A stretch of DNA of 15,566 bases from Gemmatimonadales bacterium (GTDB lineage: Bacteria > Gemmatimonadota > Gemmatimonadetes > Gemmatimonadales > GWC2-71-9): NCBI GenBank assembly GCA_041577295.1, contig JBFGJG010000072.1, positions 1 through 15,566 on the forward strand, in the 5' to 3' direction. The translations under genes and the position numbers were made by a program. The notes below the pieces were generated by a model. That model saw only the letters and a program-made list of their open reading frames with translations, was not told where the DNA came from and did no database searches. Positions 11,827-15,566 of the stretch are shown piece after piece; position 1 is the first letter of the stretch, and each line of letters starts with the position of its first letter.

Positions 11827-14463
11827 GTGCCTGCACCGCCAAAGTATCGGGCCCTCGTCGGCCTCATGACCCTAGCCATCGCCACCCCGGCCGTGGCCCA
11901 GCAATCTCGCGACGGCCTCGTCGAGCGCCCAGCGACCGTCGCGGTCGCGGTCCGCGCTCCAGAGGCCCCAAAACTCGATGGACGTCTCGATGACCCCGCG
12001 TGGACCACCGCCCCGGCCATCAGTGATTTCGTCCAGCGGGATCCCAATGAGGGAGAGCCCGCCACCGAGCGCACCGAGGCGCGCATCATCTATACGGACG
12101 ATGCGATCTTCGTTGGTGTCCGCGCGTTCGACTCTAAACCTAGCGAGATCCAGGCGCACCTGACGCGGCGGGACGAGTGGTCCCCGTCGGACTGGATCAG
12201 CGTCATGATCGATTCCTATTACGATCGGCGCACCGCCTTCGAATTCTCCGTCAATCCGGCCGGTGTCAAGATCGACCTGTACCGCTACGACGATAACGAC
12301 GATGACCGGGGTTGGGATGCCGTGTGGGACGTCGCGACGAGCATCGATGGCGAGGGTTGGATCGCCGAGTTCCGCATCCCGTTTAGTCAGCTGCGATTCG
12401 GTAAGGCGGACCAGCAGCAGTTTGGCTTCAACGTGTACCGAATGATCAACCGGCTGAACGAGGAGCAGTACTGGAAGCTCCTCCCTAAACAGGAGTCCGG
12501 ATTCGTCTCCAAATTCGGCGACCTTGTGGGGATCGAGGGGATTGATCCGCCGCGCCGCGTCGAGATCATGCCCTACGTCTCCACCACCAGCGCGTTCCAG
12601 CCGGCCCAGGACGGTAACCCGTTCCGGGACGGGAGCGTTCAGGAGGCCGCGGTTGGCGCGGACCTCAGCGTGGGTCTCACCTCCAACATCACGCTGAGCG
12701 CGACGATCAATCCGGACTTCGGGCAGGTGGAAGCCGATCCGGCTGTAGTCAACTTGAGCGCGTTCGAGACGTTTTTCCCGGAGAAGCGCCCGTTCTTCAA
12801 CGAGGGAATCGACGTCTTCCGCTTCAGTATCGGGGGTGGACAAGAGCAGCTCTTCTATACTCGCCGCATCGGCCGAGCGCCGCAGGGCTCGGCCGATGAC
12901 CGGGGCGGATTCGCTGAGTCGTTGGATCACACGACGATTCTCGGTGCTGCTAAGGTCTCGGGTAAGACGCCCAGCGGCTGGACTCTGGGCTTCGTTGGCG
13001 CGCTGACGGCCGCCGAGAAGGCCCGGGTGGTTGACGCGGCAGGCCTGGAGCACCGCGACGCCGTCGAGCCCAGCACGACGTACTTCGTTGGGCGGCTCGC
13101 TCGTGACTTCCGCGATGGGTTCACCCAGGTCGGCGCGTTTGGCACCGCGACCAACCGCTCGCGTTCGGACAACCTCTCGTATCTCCGAAGCGCCGCGTAC
13201 ACCGGTGGGTTCAATTGGAGCCACCGGTTCGCGAATGACGCGTTCAACCTGGAGGGCTTCTTTGTCGGGAGTCACGTTCGCGGCTCAGCGGAGTCGATCG
13301 AGATCACTCAGCTGTCATCGGCGCGGTACTTCCAGCGTCCGGACGCTGACTATCTCACGTTCGATCCCGACCGGACATCGCTCACCGGGTATGGTGGTGG
13401 GCTCACGTTCCGCAAGCAAAAAGGCAACTGGCGAGGTGGGTTCGGGGTGGACACGCGTTCGCCCGGCCTGGAGGTGAACGATCTCGGATTCCAGCGCCAG
13501 GCCGATCGCACGTTCCAATGGACCTGGCTGCAGCGGCGTTGGCTCGAGCCGGGCAAGGTCTTCCGCCAATTCAGCGTGAACTTCAATCAGTGGTCCAACT
13601 GGACATACGGGTGGGATCGCCGGCATGCCGGCCTCAACATGAACGCATGGACCACGTTTGCGAACTACTGGGGTGGGTGGATGGGTATGGAACGTAGCTT
13701 TGGCGGGCTCGCGATCGACGGCACGCGTGGCGGGCCGGCGATCCTACGGCCGGGCGGCTGGAACGGATGGGGTGGGTTCGAGACCGACGAGCGGAAGAGC
13801 GTTCGTGGCAGCGCCGAAATGTGGTTTTTCATTCAAGACGATACCGGGAGCTGGGGTCAGGGCCTCTTTGCCAACGTCTCCGTTCGACCCGCCTCGAACG
13901 TCGATCTGCGTCTCGGCCCAGAGCTGTTCCGCCAGTTCGACAGCTGGCAGTATCTCCAGAGCGCGGACGTGGCTGGCGTTCCGCACTACCTGTTTGGGGA
14001 GCTCGAACAGACGACACTCAGCATGACGTTCCGCGGTAACGTGACGTTCACGCCGGAATTGTCATTACAGCTCTACGCCGAGCCCTTTGTGTCGACCGGG
14101 AACTACGTGGGCTTCAACGAGGTGGCGGACGCGCGGGCAGCGAGCTTTGCGGATCGGTTCTCGAGCTTTGGACCCGACCGGTTGACCGTCGAGGATGGCA
14201 ACGTGACGGTAGATGTCGATCGCGATGGCGTGACCGACGTCGACCTCGGCAATCCGGACTTCACGTTCCTGTCGTTCCGATCGAACGTCGTGCTGCGCTG
14301 GGAGTACAAGCTTGGCTCCACGATCTTCTTCGTGTGGCAGCACGGCCGGAGTGATTTCAACACCAACAACCGGTTCCGCCTCGGGCCCAGCTTCGGTGAC
14401 ATCTTCAGCGCGCCGGCGGAAAACACGTTGGTAGTGAAGGTGAACTACTGGCTGAGTCTGTAG
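11827..14463 (+). CDS. Exported CBM9-like/DUF5916-domain protein, probable outer-membrane beta-barrel (start re-called to GTG 11827)
   Basis: GGAGG at 11818-11822. Signal peptide ending ATPAVA|QQ. APKLDGRLDDPAW...AFEFSVNPAGV...GWIAEFRIPFSQLRF (CBM9-like). INPDFGQVEADPAVVNLSAFETFFPEKRPFF and LFYTRRIG (DUF5916). C-terminal strand LVVKVNYWLSL. Confidence 0.85.
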   Translation: MPAPPKYRALVGLMTLAIATPAVAQQSRDGLVERPATVAVAVRAPEAPKLDGRLDDPAWTTAPAISDFVQRDPNEGEPATERTEARIIYTDDAIFVGVRAFDSKPSEIQAHLTRRDEWSPSDWISVMIDSYYDRRTAFEFSVNPAGVKIDLYRYDDNDDDRGWDAVWDVATSIDGEGWIAEFRIPFSQLRFGKADQQQFGFNVYRMINRLNEEQYWKLLPKQESGFVSKFGDLVGIEGIDPPRRVEIMPYVSTTSAFQPAQDGNPFRDGSVQEAAVGADLSVGLTSNITLSATINPDFGQVEADPAVVNLSAFETFFPEKRPFFNEGIDVFRFSIGGGQEQLFYTRRIGRAPQGSADDRGGFAESLDHTTILGAAKVSGKTPSGWTLGFVGALTAAEKARVVDAAGLEHRDAVEPSTTYFVGRLARDFRDGFTQVGAFGTATNRSRSDNLSYLRSAAYTGGFNWSHRFANDAFNLEGFFVGSHVRGSAESIEITQLSSARYFQRPDADYLTFDPDRTSLTGYGGGLTFRKQKGNWRGGFGVDTRSPGLEVNDLGFQRQADRTFQWTWLQRRWLEPGKVFRQFSVNFNQWSNWTYGWDRRHAGLNMNAWTTFANYWGGWMGMERSFGGLAIDGTRGGPAILRPGGWNGWGGFETDERKSVRGSAEMWFFIQDDTGSWGQGLFANVSVRPASNVDLRLGPELFRQFDSWQYLQSADVAGVPHYLFGELEQTTLSMTFRGNVTFTPELSLQLYAEPFVSTGNYVGFNEVADARAASFADRFSSFGPDRLTVEDGNVTVDVDRDGVTDVDLGNPDFTFLSFRSNVVLRWEYKLGSTIFFVWQHGRSDFNTNNRFRLGPSFGDIFSAPAENTLVVKVNYWLSL

Positions 14464-14615
14464 CGCGAGGGGTTCGGGTGACGCGGCACTACTGGTAGCG
14501 CAGAACAGGACCCCAGCGGCGGGTCATCACGCGATGCCCGCCGCTTGTCCCACCCCGACGGCGCTTCGCCCCCCGCCGTTCCACCCATCCGCAAATCCGG
14601 CGATCATATGGGAGC

Positions 14616-15566
14616 ATGACACAACCCACGCGAGATCGCCGTTTGTCCTGGCTCATCGCGGGCGGCGCCGGCATGCTGGTGCTGCTGTTCGTGAGCCAGC
14701 TCTACGTCTGGGTGAACTGGTGGCCCACACGCATCGGTTGGGGGACGGCGTTCTTCTGGGCAATCCCGCAGTTGTTGGTGTGGGGTCTGTTCGTTCCAGC
14801 GATCGCGCGCCTCAGCAACCGATTTCCCATTGAGGAACCGGTGGCGGCCCGCCGGGCGGTGTTGCACGCCGTGGCCAGCGTCGCCGCGGCGTTCCTTGGC
14901 CTCGCAGTGCTCGATGTCTCCGATCGGATCCTCCACTGGACCCGCCTGCTCGGTGCCGGCGTCCTCATCTCGCAGATCAAGTACACGATTATTCACCTGC
15001 ACATGGGCATTGCGATCTACTGGGTGGTGGTGGTCGTGGACCACGCAGTCCGCTATTACGGACGCTCGAGGGAACACGAGCGCCTGGCGAGCGAGTTGGA
15101 GGCCCGACTGGCACAGGCCCAGTTGCAGGCGCTGCGACTCCAATTACATCCGCATTTCCTGTTCAACACGCTCAACTCGATCGCCGTGCTCATGCGGCGT
15201 GACGTCGCGAGCGCCGAACGCATGCTGCACCGGTTGGGCGATCTACTTCGCGTGAGCCTCGATGCCCACCCCACAGCGGAGATCACCGTCGCCGAGGAGC
15301 TCGAGTATCTGCGCAACTACCTGGAGATCGAGGCCGCACGCTTTCAAGACCGCTTGTCGCTTCACTTCGACGTCGACCCTCAGTCCCTTCCGGGTCGGGT
15401 TCCCAACCTGCTGCTGCAACCCCTCGTGGAGAACGCCATCCGGCACGGCGTCGCGTCGCAACCCGAGGGTGGCCGCGTCACGATCGGCAGCCGGCGACTC
15501 GGCGACGCCCTCGAACTGGTGGTCCGCGACGACGGCCCGGGTCTCCCGGACGATTGGGAGCGCCGA
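14616..15566 (+). CDS. LytS/YehU/AlgZ-family membrane sensor histidine kinase (partial, runs off the right edge)
   Basis: Manual translation from ATG 14616 is open to the window end. Several hydrophobic segments, then LQALRLQLHPHFLFNTLNSI (H-box), YLEIEAARF, LLQPLVENAIRHG (N-box) and VRDDGPG (G1). Not in the ORF track because it has no stop. Confidence 0.93.
   Translation, partial: MTQPTRDRRLSWLIAGGAGMLVLLFVSQLYVWVNWWPTRIGWGTAFFWAIPQLLVWGLFVPAIARLSNRFPIEEPVAARRAVLHAVASVAAAFLGLAVLDVSDRILHWTRLLGAGVLISQIKYTIIHLHMGIAIYWVVVVVDHAVRYYGRSREHERLASELEARLAQAQLQALRLQLHPHFLFNTLNSIAVLMRRDVASAERMLHRLGDLLRVSLDAHPTAEITVAEELEYLRNYLEIEAARFQDRLSLHFDVDPQSLPGRVPNLLLQPLVENAIRHGVASQPEGGRVTIGSRRLGDALELVVRDDGPGLPDDWERR

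Noticed and set aside
11872..13275. 467-aa minus strand ORF
   Set aside because: Antisense shadow of the DUF5916 gene.
14534..15461. ORF-track calls at 14534-14833, 14604-15143, 14830-15255 and similar
   Set aside because: Off-frame or antisense to the histidine kinase frame starting at 14616.

Overview
GC-rich bacterial chromosomal window. The kinase style suggests Gemmatimonadota, which is an inference only. The left ~9.2 kb looks accessory: the 3' end of a type-B carboxylesterase gene, three Hanks-type Ser/Thr kinases with different C-terminal modules (TM + TolB-N-like + TPR; soluble TolB-N-like + TPR; TM + PD40/TolB beta-propeller), a DinB-family gene and a short kinase relic. All of it lies downstream of a minus-strand tRNA-His/tRNA-Trp pair. 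Each gene-block boundary here carries a full or partial copy of one co-oriented structured repeat containing both antisense and sense copies of the tRNA-Trp T-arm/3' end. One copy appears split around kinase 1. The pattern suggests kinase cassettes accumulating at tRNA-Trp, but no integrase is in the window. The right part holds a divergent DinB/HxlR pair with two palindromic operators over overlapping promoters, gpmA, a CBM9-like/DUF5916 probable outer-membrane protein with ECF-like promoter motifs, and a LytS/YehU-family histidine kinase that runs off the right edge. No CRISPR array, rRNA or transposase was seen.
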